Below are positions 43,162-53,805 of a DNA stretch of 64,000 bases, in pieces. Positions within the stretch are counted from its first letter, which is position 1; every line of letters starts with the position of its first letter. The notes beneath the pieces are model-generated. The model was not told the origin of the DNA, ran no database searches, and saw nothing but the letters and a program-made list of their open reading frames with translations. The DNA is from Candidatus Bathyarchaeota archaeon (lineage in GTDB: Archaea > Thermoproteota > Bathyarchaeia > Bathyarchaeales > Bathycorpusculaceae): contig CAWEPZ010000002.1 in the NCBI GenBank assembly GCA_963811105.1, positions 416,001 through 480,000 of the forward strand, written 5' to 3'. The position numbers were made by a program, and so were the translations under genes.

Positions 43162-43510
43162 ATGGAAGCCTGCGAAGTTGTCAGGCTTTTCGTCAACAAA
43201 GCAATCGTTCCAATCGAGCCTAAAAGAAGAGGAAACCCTGGTCATGGAAGAGTCAAAGCACTCAGAGTTCTAGTCTACGCTAGGCTGAAGGATTAGAAAA
43301 CGACACTCGAGTAGTTGAACATTTAAAGAAGCACCCGTACGCTTGTAGAACACTCTGTTTATGCAACCAGACGGAACTACTGTTGGAAGGTGGTGGAGAC
43401 GCTACCTAAGTATTCTGGAGCAGACTTTCGTTAAAATAGTTGATATGCTTCAACTGATCGGTGTGAAGAATAAGACGAAGTCAGCGTTTAGAAAGCGGGT
43501 TGTTGATTTG
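43162..43510 (+). mobile_element. IS5/IS1182-like transposase N-terminal remnant
   Basis: KRRGNPG..LRVLVYARLKG/LENDTRVVEHL..PDGTTVGRWWRR, frameshifted and truncated. Confidence 0.6.
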
Positions 43511-43520
43511 GATGTTAACC

Positions 43521-43984
43521 TTGGAACAGTGAAGTTTTCGCAGCCATCACAGGCCTAACCGAAATTATTATGGGGCTATTTGTGGGGAAAAAAACTTGAT
43601 TCTTAACGGGTGGAACAGAATCATCAGCGAAAAGCAACCGCGCAAGAAGTCTGCAGCAGGACCCGAAGACCTTAATGGCGAAGGGCAAACTTTGGACAGT
43701 TGAGGATGAAAGGCAACTTCGACAACTCTTAATAGAAAAAAAGCCTCGGCGTTCTATTGCAAAGGTCCTGGGCAAAACCCTTACCTCTGTACGAATGAAA
43801 ACATCTCGCTTAGGCTTAGTAGTTGTTGATGAGAGTGAAAAAAACACGCCATCAACAACTACCTTTGATAAGTTAATTTTGCCAATTGAGTTGCCTTCAA
43901 TTGAGCAAGAACTCAAGACCTTAGTCGGAGCTTTGAAAGGTCTTGAAGCGCCGAATTTGGATAAGACTGATGTTTTGCGTTTAC
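43521..43984 (+). repeat. dispersed direct repeat copy 2 of the provirus-like module
   Basis: Aligns with 7142-7553, with a roughly 50-bp indel upstream of the HTH start. Confidence 0.9.
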
Positions 43985-44130
43985 GCGGGATGCTGAAAGG
44001 TGAGGGGTTACTTAATCTAGAACCCATATTCACAGGTAGATTTTCTAACATTAAATTAAACTTTGAAAATTATCTTTTGGTTGATATATTAACAGAAATA
44101 GAAGTAGAGAAAAAAATCGATTTTTCCTAA
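43675..44130 (+). CDS. HTH-containing protein (MAKGKLWTVEDERQL), C-terminus replaced
   Basis: WT.EDE..L..IAKVLGKTLTSVRMK..RLGL HTH; diverges from its paralog after DVLRL. Confidence 0.55.
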   Translation: MAKGKLWTVEDERQLRQLLIEKKPRRSIAKVLGKTLTSVRMKTSRLGLVVVDESEKNTPSTTTFDKLILPIELPSIEQELKTLVGALKGLEAPNLDKTDVLRLRGMLKGEGLLNLEPIFTGRFSNIKLNFENYLLVDILTEIEVEKKIDFS

Positions 44131-44694
44131 TAGCAGTTTTTTCTTTTACTAAATTAAAGCTACTTCATAAGCAAACTATTAAACTGGCGGAAAAAGAATC
44201 GTCCGTGCATCAACCTTCTACTTTTCTTATGGCCGTTAGTTGGAAGGACAACAACAGTTGAAGAATTATGTTTTGTTGTTCTTTCAGCATTGTTTATTGA
44301 GCTTTGGTAGTAGTAGTAGTCGTTGCTGCAAATTTCAACTATACTACTGCTTCTCTTGTTTGAAAAACCTGTTTTTTTACCGATCTGTGAATTTGTTTTA
44401 TGCTATGGTTGAATTGTTAGAAGAAACGCGATTTTTTTTGGCTTTCTTCTTCTTTTAAAGATTAGGTTGAATTGAAAATAAGATAGTTACAAGCCTGAGC
44501 ACGTGTCCAGCGGGCAAAATGGGCTATTTATTATGAGGAATAAGAAAGCCAGAAGCGTCTCGTTTGGGTCCACTGTAATTTTGAAGACGAACAGACTTTT
44601 ATAGAAAATACAAACCCCGTTTGCAAAATAGTGGAATAGGCTGCAATGGGAAAAACGTAAATAGCAACGTTAACATTTGAACTCCATGTTTTAT

Positions 44695-44779
44695 GAAAAA
44701 GCTTAAATGCGTTCTAAACTATCACATAAGTTAGGTATCGTAAGAATTCTACCTTTATAATTGAGAAACATTTAGGAGA
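44695..44779 (+). promoter_or_regulatory. candidate BRE/TATA promoter and RBS of the CIS operon
   Basis: GAAAAAGCTTAAAT at 44695-44708; AGGAG at 44775-44779 before the sheath ATG. Confidence 0.4.
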
Positions 44780-44787
44780 AGAATGTT

Positions 44788-46902
44788 ATGTCTTTAACAC
44801 CAACATATCCGGGCGTTTATATCCAAGAACTCCCAAGTGGAGTCAGAACCATAACAGGCGTAAGTACCTCAATAACCGCCTTTATCGGAAGCGCAAAAAT
44901 GGGACCAACCGATAAAGCAACATTAATTCACAGTTTTGGAGAATTTGAATCAATTTTTGGAGGACTGTGGACTCAAAGCAAGATGAGTTATGCTGTTTAT
45001 CAATATTTTCTAAATGGAGGACAAGATGCTTTAATTATCAGAGTATTCCAAGAGAAGCTCATTGCTGTGCCGTCTGCGTCAACAACCACAGCGCTGCAAA
45101 TGCCATCAGGAATTTCAAGTATTGCAACATCAATTACGGTTGCATCTGACGCTGGATTTCCTTCAGCAACACCTTTCTACATCAACATAGGCAGCGAGAT
45201 CCTTAAAGTTACAAATGTTGGATCGCCCACTGTTGGATTGCCCAACACCAACTGGACTGTCCAGCGTGGTCAACTTGGCACAACTGCTGCTTCAGCCGTT
45301 GATGGTGCAACAGTAACTCTTGCCACGACAAGCAATAGTGAAGGAACTGCTACCTTCAGAGTAGAATTAGTCACGCCTTCACAAGATAATAACAGTGTAG
45401 CTGTAAACACACCGTTACTAGATAGTAACAACAAAAATGTCTACCTATATCTAATAGCTGCCTATCCTGGAGCATGGGGACAGAATATTGAATTCGAAAT
45501 AGATATCGGATCAGGAAATGTCGATGAAACCCTTCTTCGTTCGGACCCGAGTCTCTTTAGTTTAACAATTAAGTTGTATGACTCTTACACTCGGAAATAT
45601 CATTCCGGAAATTCGGGCAGTTTAGATACTCAACCAGGCAACTTGCTTCTAACCGAGAAATTCCAAAATTTATCTTTATCCGCTGGAAGCCCCAACTTCG
45701 CTGCAACGGTTTTGAAGCAGAGATCAAAGCTTCTCAGAGTACCCCAAGTTGATTCTAAAGTTGTTGGAAACGATATTCCTCCTTCCCCAACACAGCTTCC
45801 GCCTCCTGCATCACCCCCTTCTTCATTTGCGTATACCTTCCAAACAACGGATACAAACAAAAAAGCTGTGATCCAACTAGTTGGATACACAACCAATGAC
45901 GCGTCAACAATTGGTTCTTCCCTTGACTTAACGACAACACAAGCAACTGGCGATGACGGAGGCACATTGACCTCCTTGAACATTAACGGAAAGACACCTA
46001 AAACAGGCTTTCACGCTTTAGAGGATGCGGACATATTCAATCTTCTTTGTATCCCTCCGTACAATGATAACGAAAACTCGTACAACGGTGCCCTTTATAG
46101 CACAGTATATACAGCCGCCCAATCATATTGTGTTGATAGAAGAGCCATTCTTATTGTAGATCCCCCATCAGATTGGAATTCAAAAAGTGACGTTACTGAC
46201 TCGACCAAAGGCGTTGATGTACCATTGCTTACGCGCAATGCTAATGCCGCCATTTTCTTTCCCCGCATAACCATGGCAGATCCGCTCAATAATGGACAAT
46301 TAATGGAATATGTTCCATGTGGGGAAGTTGCGGGAGTTATCGCTTCAACCGATAGTACACGTGGCATTTGGAAGGCTCCAGCAGGCATCGAAGCAACCTT
46401 GAACGGTGTTTCGGATCTCACTATGAACGGCACTAAAGTGAGGCTGACTGACAAAGAAAATGGCGACTTGAACCCCTTAGGTGTAAATTGCTTAAGAATT
46501 ATGCCTGTTGTTGGACCTGTTGTTTGGGGTTCACGCACAATGAGAGGAGCCGATAGACTTGCCGATCAATGGAAGTATCTCCCAGTTAGACGAACTGCTC
46601 TTTATATCGAAGAGAGCTTATACAGGGGAATCCAATGGGTCGTGTTTGAGCCTAATGACGAGCCGCTTTGGTCGCAAATCCGCCTAAATGTCGGAGCATT
46701 CATGCACGGGCTGTTTATTAAGGGAGCTTTCCAAGGAAGTACGCCGAAGGATGCGTATTTTGTGAAGTGTGATTCGGAAACAACAACTCAAACTGACATC
46801 AACAATGGAATTGTAAATATTGTTGTGGGATTTGCGCCGCTAAAGCCTGCAGAGTTTGTTATACTTAAAATTCAGCAAATGGCTGGTCAGGAGGTATCTT
46901 AA
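44788..46902 (+). CDS. contractile injection system tail sheath protein (Afp2/3/4-like)
   Basis: TYPGVYIQE..TSITAFIG, GIWKAPAG, LNPLGVNCLR, WKYLPVRR, VFEPNDEPLW, GFAPLKPAEFV. Confidence 0.96.
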   Translation: MSLTPTYPGVYIQELPSGVRTITGVSTSITAFIGSAKMGPTDKATLIHSFGEFESIFGGLWTQSKMSYAVYQYFLNGGQDALIIRVFQEKLIAVPSASTTTALQMPSGISSIATSITVASDAGFPSATPFYINIGSEILKVTNVGSPTVGLPNTNWTVQRGQLGTTAASAVDGATVTLATTSNSEGTATFRVELVTPSQDNNSVAVNTPLLDSNNKNVYLYLIAAYPGAWGQNIEFEIDIGSGNVDETLLRSDPSLFSLTIKLYDSYTRKYHSGNSGSLDTQPGNLLLTEKFQNLSLSAGSPNFAATVLKQRSKLLRVPQVDSKVVGNDIPPSPTQLPPPASPPSSFAYTFQTTDTNKKAVIQLVGYTTNDASTIGSSLDLTTTQATGDDGGTLTSLNINGKTPKTGFHALEDADIFNLLCIPPYNDNENSYNGALYSTVYTAAQSYCVDRRAILIVDPPSDWNSKSDVTDSTKGVDVPLLTRNANAAIFFPRITMADPLNNGQLMEYVPCGEVAGVIASTDSTRGIWKAPAGIEATLNGVSDLTMNGTKVRLTDKENGDLNPLGVNCLRIMPVVGPVVWGSRTMRGADRLADQWKYLPVRRTALYIEESLYRGIQWVVFEPNDEPLWSQIRLNVGAFMHGLFIKGAFQGSTPKDAYFVKCDSETTTQTDINNGIVNIVVGFAPLKPAEFVILKIQQMAGQEVS

Positions 46903-47411
46903 TGCAGTTTTCTGTGAATACTGGTCGTTTTGATCCGTACAAGAATTTCAAGTTCAAAATAAAATGGGATGGTAAATACGTTGCGGGAATGAGCAAAATG
47001 ACTGCTCTTAAACGAACCACGGAGGTCGTTAAGCACAGGGAGGGGGGCGATCATAGTTCAAGTCGTAAGTCTCCTGGTAAAACTGAGTACGATGCGATTA
47101 CTCTTGAAAGAGGAGTTACTCATGATCCAGAGTTCGAAAACTGGGCTAGTAAGGTTTGGAATTACAGTGCAGGCGGCGGTTCTGAGGTTTCTTTGAAGGA
47201 TTTCCGCAAAGACATTATAATTGAGCTACTAAATGAAGCTGGACAGAAGGTAATCGCATACAAGGTTTATCGATGCTGGGTTTCTGAGTATCAACCGCTT
47301 CCTGATCTTGATGCCAACGCGAACGCAGTTGCTATTCAGCACATTAAGATCGAGAACGAAGGTTGGGAACGAGATACATCGGTAACTGAGCCGACAGAAC
47401 CGAGCTTATGA
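46902..47411 (+). CDS. tail tube protein (T4 gp19 / Afp1/5-like)
   Basis: DPYKNFKF, HREGG..KSPG..YDAITLERG, FRKDIIIELLNEAG, LDANANAVAI. Confidence 0.95.
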   Translation: MQFSVNTGRFDPYKNFKFKIKWDGKYVAGMSKMTALKRTTEVVKHREGGDHSSSRKSPGKTEYDAITLERGVTHDPEFENWASKVWNYSAGGGSEVSLKDFRKDIIIELLNEAGQKVIAYKVYRCWVSEYQPLPDLDANANAVAIQHIKIENEGWERDTSVTEPTEPSL

Positions 47412-47418
47412 TTAGAAG

Positions 47419-48264
47419 GTGGAGAATTCTAGTACGCGTCGAACAATTGTTGCCTTCATGCATGGGACATCATATAAAGGTAACTTATTGAAAAAAGCGG
47501 AGCTACGCGAAATTAATGGATACGACCAAGAACTGCTGCTCGAGAATACCTCGGTTTCAACTATCGTCCAAATGAAGTCTCTGCTTGCAAACACCGCTGA
47601 TTTTGGAAATCAAATCGAGCCAAGAGAAAAAGAAAACGTATTGGATAACTTGGCGATTGGCGATCTTGCTGTTCTAATTTTAGAGCTTCGAAAAATGACG
47701 TTTGGAGATACTTTGCAATGTATTATTAATTGTCCCTCATGTAAAGAAATTATGTCAGCTGATATTTCGCTCGCTCAACTCTTGCAAAAGCCAAATAACG
47801 CTGATCCTAAAAGTGTTTATGACGTGAAAGTCGCGGATTTTACTTTGAAGATGAGACCGATCACGGGGGTTGACCTAACTTCGGTAATTGGAAAAGATGA
47901 AACGGCTGCAATGGAACAATTGGTTACATCTTGTATTCTTGAGTCTATTCCAAGACTTCCAGAGAAGTTGGGCGATCAACTCTTAACGAAAATTAGCGTC
48001 AAGTTGAGTGAAATAGACCCAAAAGCCGATATTCTCTTAGATCTCACATGTCCTAGCTGTAACTATAGGTTCCAAGCTCCCTTTGTTCCGGAAGATTTCT
48101 TTTTACGCGAACTTGACGCAAGAAAATCTCAGTTTGAAGGAGAAGTACATTGGATTGCCTTCAATTATCATTGGAGCGAAGATGAAATTCTCTCCTTGCC
48201 CTTGAGCAAACGCAAAAAATACGTCGATTTAATTAACAGAACCCTTTCGGGAGAAAATGTGTAA
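47419..48264 (+). CDS. CIS assembly/baseplate-associated protein (gp26-like, CxxC pairs, DUF6760-like tail)
   Basis: LREING.D, IGDL..LILELRK.TFG, CPSC x2, EVHWIAFNYHWSEDEILSLP. Confidence 0.8.
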   Translation: MENSSTRRTIVAFMHGTSYKGNLLKKAELREINGYDQELLLENTSVSTIVQMKSLLANTADFGNQIEPREKENVLDNLAIGDLAVLILELRKMTFGDTLQCIINCPSCKEIMSADISLAQLLQKPNNADPKSVYDVKVADFTLKMRPITGVDLTSVIGKDETAAMEQLVTSCILESIPRLPEKLGDQLLTKISVKLSEIDPKADILLDLTCPSCNYRFQAPFVPEDFFLRELDARKSQFEGEVHWIAFNYHWSEDEILSLPLSKRKKYVDLINRTLSGENV

Positions 48265-49214
48265 TGGATCAATTCATGAACCACCTATTAACAAGAGCCA
48301 ACAAAAAAAAGAATGAACCCAACATAATGCCTATTTTTGCGCCTGAAATGATACCAGAAACTCTTAAGGTCCCTCAGCATATGTTAACAGATGCAAATCC
48401 GAGATCCAATGTTTCAAGCTTCGAGAACACTTTACCTCTTGAACAACGTCAAGCACAGGGTCAAGAACTATCTGATAAATCACAACACTCGTCCATTTCT
48501 GCAGTTCCATTTGAAAGCAAAAATGAACCCGAGATGTTAGTACCTCATGCTGAAAAGGTAGTTCACAACAACGTATCAACTGATTTTGAATCGACTCATG
48601 AGGCGCTTACTCTGCCTCAAACAAATCCCGAACAACAACAAACACGAGGTCAAGAATTATCCAATAAATCATTACAAACATCCATCCGGCCAATTCCGCT
48701 TGAAGTCGAAAATGAACTAACGACGTTGCCTGCTAGAGAAGAAAAAAGGACAGATAATAACGAAGTAACTAAAAACTTTGAGGCGAAAACCAAACAATCT
48801 ATTCTGCCCAAATCGCATGTTTCAATTAAAGGTGAATATCAAGAAGGATCTATTTCATCAAATAAGCAAGATTCTGAAAATGCAACTTCTATTCCAGAAA
48901 AAATTTTGAGAAACACAAAGGGTGAAGTCGCAAATCACATTAGACCTTTCATGCCTAATCACCTCGAGGAAGCTCAAATAAAACCTATCATACCATTAGG
49001 GGAAAAGATTGCGCCCTCGACAAAATACCAAAGTTCTAAAACAAAGGAAATGAAAAGTAGTTTAGCGGCTGAAAACCTTGAGCCAACAGTAACAATAAGC
49101 ATTGGAAGAATCGAGGTGCGAGCGATAATGCCTGAAAAAACACCTGAAAAAGAGGTTCGCCCTTCTTTATCTCTAGATGACTATCTAAGACAACGACGCG
49201 AGGGAACGCAATGA
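48264..49214 (+). CDS. low-complexity CIS accessory protein
   Basis: Disordered body with internal GQELS.KS repeat; C-terminus PTVTISIGRIEVRA...SLDDYL. Confidence 0.7.
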   Translation: MDQFMNHLLTRANKKKNEPNIMPIFAPEMIPETLKVPQHMLTDANPRSNVSSFENTLPLEQRQAQGQELSDKSQHSSISAVPFESKNEPEMLVPHAEKVVHNNVSTDFESTHEALTLPQTNPEQQQTRGQELSNKSLQTSIRPIPLEVENELTTLPAREEKRTDNNEVTKNFEAKTKQSILPKSHVSIKGEYQEGSISSNKQDSENATSIPEKILRNTKGEVANHIRPFMPNHLEEAQIKPIIPLGEKIAPSTKYQSSKTKEMKSSLAAENLEPTVTISIGRIEVRAIMPEKTPEKEVRPSLSLDDYLRQRREGTQ

Positions 49215-50515
49215 GCAATTATCTGGCCATCGCAACAGTTACCGAAGCTTTGATTCAGCTTCTTAATCCAGTAACTGGTGTGTCGAATACATTGATTGAT
49301 GCTGAACCGCCAGACATGGCTATTCCAAAAAATACCACAAATAGACTGAACATCTTTTTGTATCAGGTTACAGAGAATCAGGGTTACAAGAATTCAGATC
49401 TTCCTACAAGAAATACCGACGGTATATTGGTCAAAAGACCCCTGCTGGGTTTAGATTTACATTACATGATTACTGCTTTGGGAACTGATGATTTACACGC
49501 CCAAATTGTGTTGGCTTATGCTATGCAGATTCTTCATGAAACTCCCTATCTTACCCGCGAATTCATCAACAAAGCAGTTCAATTGGCGCCGACGACCTTG
49601 GGAGAATCTGACCTGGCCAATCAAGTTGAAATGATAAAAATCACCCATCAGAACATGTCGCTTGAAGAAATAAGCAAACTTTGGTCATCTTTTTTCCAGA
49701 CAAACTACAGGCTTTCAACGACCTATCAGGTTACAGTTGTATTGCTTGAAAGCAAAATGGAAACCAAGCCAACTTTGCCGGTTCTAATACCTCAAGTAAC
49801 TACAGTGCAATTGAAACAGCCCATCATACAGCAAGTGCAACCACAGATTCTGGAGTACAATCCTAGCGACCCAACAGTACTCACTCTTATAGGCTTAAAT
49901 TTCCAAGCAGACGATGTGACAGTTCAAATTGGAAATGAAAAACCAGTTCCAACTACCAGTAATTCCGACACAGAAATCAAAATTACAATCCCAACTAGTG
50001 TAACTCCTGGGGTAAAGACTGTCCAGGTCATTCAAAGATCAGATTTGCCGATTGGCTCTTCGACCTCTTCGGCGATTGTGCAGCAGGTTCCACATAACAT
50101 GTTCAAATCAAACGTTGCCGCTTTTGTTTTGGCGCCGAAAATTACCAACGTCAATGGCAATAATATCAGTAGCACAAACGCGATACCAGTAGTACACAAC
50201 CCTGATCCAAAGTCGAGTGTCCCAGATTTGACACTAATATTTGCACCCTTTATCAATCCGTCTCAACAAGTCTCCTTTCTAGTAGGTGATTTCGAATTAC
50301 TGATTCCTCAACAAACTTCAACAAACCCCATAAATTCACTCGCCATAAACCTCTCTAGTTATCCTCAGATGCTCCAGTCGATAACCAATTTTTCAGGCAA
50401 AAAATATTTGCTAAGAATCAGGGTTGACGGAGCAGAAAGCTTGCTTACTGTTGATACAGATAAGTCCTCGCCAACTTATGGGCAATTCATTGCCCCGGTA
50501 ATTTCGGTGACATAA
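49211..50515 (+). CDS. DUF4255 (Afp16/Pvc16 cap/terminator) with IPT/TIG-like extension
   Basis: MSNYLAIATVT, LNIFLYQVTEN, LDLHYMITA, LEEISKLWS, YQVTVVL; C-terminal LRIRVDGAES. Confidence 0.92.
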   Translation: MSNYLAIATVTEALIQLLNPVTGVSNTLIDAEPPDMAIPKNTTNRLNIFLYQVTENQGYKNSDLPTRNTDGILVKRPLLGLDLHYMITALGTDDLHAQIVLAYAMQILHETPYLTREFINKAVQLAPTTLGESDLANQVEMIKITHQNMSLEEISKLWSSFFQTNYRLSTTYQVTVVLLESKMETKPTLPVLIPQVTTVQLKQPIIQQVQPQILEYNPSDPTVLTLIGLNFQADDVTVQIGNEKPVPTTSNSDTEIKITIPTSVTPGVKTVQVIQRSDLPIGSSTSSAIVQQVPHNMFKSNVAAFVLAPKITNVNGNNISSTNAIPVVHNPDPKSSVPDLTLIFAPFINPSQQVSFLVGDFELLIPQQTSTNPINSLAINLSSYPQMLQSITNFSGKKYLLRIRVDGAESLLTVDTDKSSPTYGQFIAPVISVT

Positions 50516-52462
50516 TTGACCTCTGAGAACTGGGTTCAAAGAAATCAAGAATACCTCACCGCATGCATTAACAATATTAAATCTCAACTCAAGAAACATA
50601 GTAATCCTGCTGAAAATATGGGAATGAACGAGGTTTCTAAACTTCCTTTGTGGACGCTTGAGATCCCTGCGGCTATTGATGGTTTGTGTATTCGCTTTGG
50701 ATTATCTAAATTCGAGAAGTCCCTCTTGCTTTTATGCGCTGCTGTCGAGTTGGACTCAGAGACGGCGCAACTTTGTGCTTCTGCTAAAGGGATTTCAAGT
50801 TCAGTATATCCTACTTTTGGGTTGGCTTTGGTGTTATTTGAGGATGCACATTGGAGCGCCCTTACACCTGCTTCACCTCTTAGACGTTTTAGATTAATCG
50901 AAACATTAGATTCTCAAAGCCTTACACTAAAAGATAGCCGGCTTAGAATCAACGAAAGAATCCTTCATTACCTTACAGGCATTTCCTACCTTGAACCGCA
51001 ACTCAATGGCATACTAATTCCAGTTTATGAAAACTCAGAGTTGTTAGATTCCCACCGATCCGTTGTTGAAAAAATCTTACTTTTGTTGCAAAACGGCGAA
51101 CGCAAAATGCCTCTTGTGCAACTTTTGGGGGCAGAGGAATCAAAGCTCACCGTCGCCAAGAATGCTTGTTCACAACTTGGATTGAATCTTTGGCAGATGG
51201 ATGGAGAATTCATTCCATCTAAGTACGACGAAATTGAGGCGCTAATTAGAGTTTGGTGCCGTGAGGCAGCGCTTCTTGATTCGGGGCTTTATATTTCCGC
51301 AGAAGATGTTGAACCTGCAACACAGAAAATAATAAGACGATTCATCGAGCAAATTCCGGGTCTGGTATTCATAGGCGTTCGCGAACCTTGGGCATCAATG
51401 AAACTTCAGACCATTTCTATCCAAATAAAAAAACCAACGAAAAGTGAACAACAAAAACTTTGGAGCGCTCTTCTCGCTCTGGGCCTCGAAGAACCAGATC
51501 AAAAAGAAATATCTAACATCACAGGCCAATTCAACCTAAGCGCTCAGTCAATCCACGAATCCAGCAAGACAGCGTTTAAACTTTCAAAAAACAATTCAGA
51601 GATCTACAAAACACTGTGGAATACTTGTCGAACAGCAAACCGACCCAGACTATCAGAACTCGCACAAGAAATAATTCCTACTGCAACAATGAAGGACCTA
51701 GTGCTTCCAGAAAAAGAAAAACAGCTTTTAAACGAAATAGCCATTCACGTAGCACAACGCTCCAAGGTGTACGGTGAGTGGGGTTTTGAAGCAAAGAGCA
51801 GCAGAGGACTCGGAATCACTGTATTGTTCTCTGGTCCAAGCGGAACAGGAAAAACAATGGCAGCTGACGTGCTAGCCAACGAGCTTCAACTTGATCTATT
51901 TCGTATCGATTTGTCATCTGTAGTTAGCAAGTACATTGGCGAAACAGAAAAGAATCTGCGACGAGTTTTTGACGCCGCTGAAGGCGGAGGCGCTATACTA
52001 TTCTTCGATGAGGCGGATGCGCTTTTTGGAAAGAGAAGCGAAGTGAAAGATAGCCATGATCGTTACGCAAACATAGAAGTCAGCTATCTTCTCCAGAGAA
52101 TGGAAAACTACAGCGGACTAGCAATACTTTCCACCAACATGAAGAAAGCTTTAGATCCAGCTTTCACTAGGCGAATCAGGTTTATGGTGGAGTTTCCATT
52201 TCCTGACCAGAAGAGTAGAGAAGAAATATGGAAACATGTTTTTCCAGCAAATACTCCCATAACTGACCTCAAACTAAAATGCTTAGCGAATCTAAATATT
52301 ACTGGTGGAAACATTCATAACATGGCTTTATATGCGTCTTTCCTTGCAGCAAATGAAGGTATTCCTGTGAATATGAAACATCTTAAGAGAGCGGCACAAG
52401 TTGAATTTGATAAATTGGAGAGACCCTTAATCCAGTCTGAACTGGAAGGCTGGTCAAGATGA
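50516..52462 (+). CDS. CIS AAA+ ATPase (Afp15/Pvc15-like)
   Basis: FGLS.FE..LLLLC N-terminus; GPSGTGKT, VSKYIGETEKNL, FFDEADALFGKRSEVKDSHDRYAN. Confidence 0.95.
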   Translation: MTSENWVQRNQEYLTACINNIKSQLKKHSNPAENMGMNEVSKLPLWTLEIPAAIDGLCIRFGLSKFEKSLLLLCAAVELDSETAQLCASAKGISSSVYPTFGLALVLFEDAHWSALTPASPLRRFRLIETLDSQSLTLKDSRLRINERILHYLTGISYLEPQLNGILIPVYENSELLDSHRSVVEKILLLLQNGERKMPLVQLLGAEESKLTVAKNACSQLGLNLWQMDGEFIPSKYDEIEALIRVWCREAALLDSGLYISAEDVEPATQKIIRRFIEQIPGLVFIGVREPWASMKLQTISIQIKKPTKSEQQKLWSALLALGLEEPDQKEISNITGQFNLSAQSIHESSKTAFKLSKNNSEIYKTLWNTCRTANRPRLSELAQEIIPTATMKDLVLPEKEKQLLNEIAIHVAQRSKVYGEWGFEAKSSRGLGITVLFSGPSGTGKTMAADVLANELQLDLFRIDLSSVVSKYIGETEKNLRRVFDAAEGGGAILFFDEADALFGKRSEVKDSHDRYANIEVSYLLQRMENYSGLAILSTNMKKALDPAFTRRIRFMVEFPFPDQKSREEIWKHVFPANTPITDLKLKCLANLNITGGNIHNMALYASFLAANEGIPVNMKHLKRAAQVEFDKLERPLIQSELEGWSR

Positions 52463-52722
52463 AGACGAAAATCGAAATAGGTACGCTTGTCCTTGAGGGT
52501 TTCGACTATCATGATCATTTGCGGATAAGCGGCGCTTTAGAAAAAGAATTGGTAAGGATAGTAAGTAAGAATGGAATATCTGAAAAGCGACCTAACCTAC
52601 AAGCGAAGTCCGCATTGTTAATGCCTTTATCTTTCACCGCACCATTAGACATGAACCCAAGTAAAATAGGCTCTGAAATCGCTAGATGCATCTACGCCGG
52701 AATGAAATTGTGGACAAATTAG
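52459..52722 (+). CDS. small CIS-associated protein
   Basis: IEIGTLVLEGF..ALEKEL..IGSEIARCIY; coupled to the ATPase stop codon. Confidence 0.7.
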   Translation: MKTKIEIGTLVLEGFDYHDHLRISGALEKELVRIVSKNGISEKRPNLQAKSALLMPLSFTAPLDMNPSKIGSEIARCIYAGMKLWTN

Positions 52723-53071
52723 ATATTACACATAAATTGAACCTTCTTACAGCGAAGAAACCATCTACTCACTTAGCTCGGTCACTGGAAGTATTCTTAT
52801 CAACGATGTAGCGACGAAAATCACAATTGGGAGAACGAAAGTTGTAGAGTCCTCGAAAATGGAGTAACGAACTGAAGCTCGGGCCTAGAACTGAGACCAA
52901 GCCTTTTCCTCCTGCACTTTCAGCATCAGCGCCTCGACGGCCCGGCTTGTCTGAAAATGTAGTTTTTATAGCCCATTTTGTTTTTCCAAATTTTTTTTTA
53001 ACCCCATCAATAACAAATTGATAAATGAGAGGCAAACAATTTCTAGTTCATCAGGTGATTATTATTCATTA

Positions 53072-53578
53072 CTTTTTGGAAAGAGAAGCGAAATGAAAGA
53101 TAGCCATGATCGTTACGCAAACATAGAAGTTAGCTATCTTCTCCAAAGAGTGGAAAACTACAGCGGGCTAGCAATACTTTCCCACCAACATGAAGAAAGC
53201 TTTAGATCCAGCTTTCACTAGGCAAATCAGATTCATTGTAGAGTTTCCCTTCCCAGAACAAAAAGCCGCGAGGAAATATGGAAACACGTTTTTCCATCAA
53301 ATGCGCCCATCACAGATCTCAACTTAAAATGCTTTTCGAACCCTAACCTCAAAGGCGGACACGTATATGACATCGCTTTGTACGCGGCGTTCTTAATACC
53401 CCATGAAAAACATACCTGTAAACATGAAACACTTAGAGAGGGCAGCGCGGGTTGAATACAAAAGATTGGAACGAACCCTAATTTGGTCAGAGCTGGAAGG
53501 CTGTAAGACGAAGATCAAAGTCCACATTGGAACCCTCATCCTTGAAGGATTTGATTATCAAGGCAACCTACGATAGGG
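53072..53578 (+). pseudogene. degraded duplicate of the ATPase 3' end and the small gene 5' end (copy of about 52022-52530)
   Basis: LFGKRSEMKDSHDRYANIEVSYLLQR, frameshifts, then KIKVHIGTLILEGFDY. Confidence 0.9.
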
Positions 53579-53805
53579 AAAACGATTGAAAAATAGTTGT
53601 TTATACTGGATCGAAAAGAACCATATCACCAAAGATTTTGTACGAGAAAAGACTGTTCTAAATATTTTTGCACCGCTATTTCAGGCTTTATCTGAAAAAA
53701 AATCCCGCACAAGTGGAAACTGAAGTAGACCGCTCAATATATCACGGTCTTATTTGGAGATGTAAAATTGAAGAAAGACAAGTTTATAAGTTTATAATAG
53801 GCATT

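Noticed and set aside
44140-44460. Low-complexity segment (similar in character to 5380-5820) as a gene
   Set aside because: The plus-strand ORF 44240-44458 has no recognisable motif and the minus strand is riddled with stops; probably decayed element DNA, no product can be assigned
52769-53035. 88-aa minus-strand ORF inside the CIS
   Set aside because: No recognisable motif and it lies in the rearranged junction; cannot be supported as a gene
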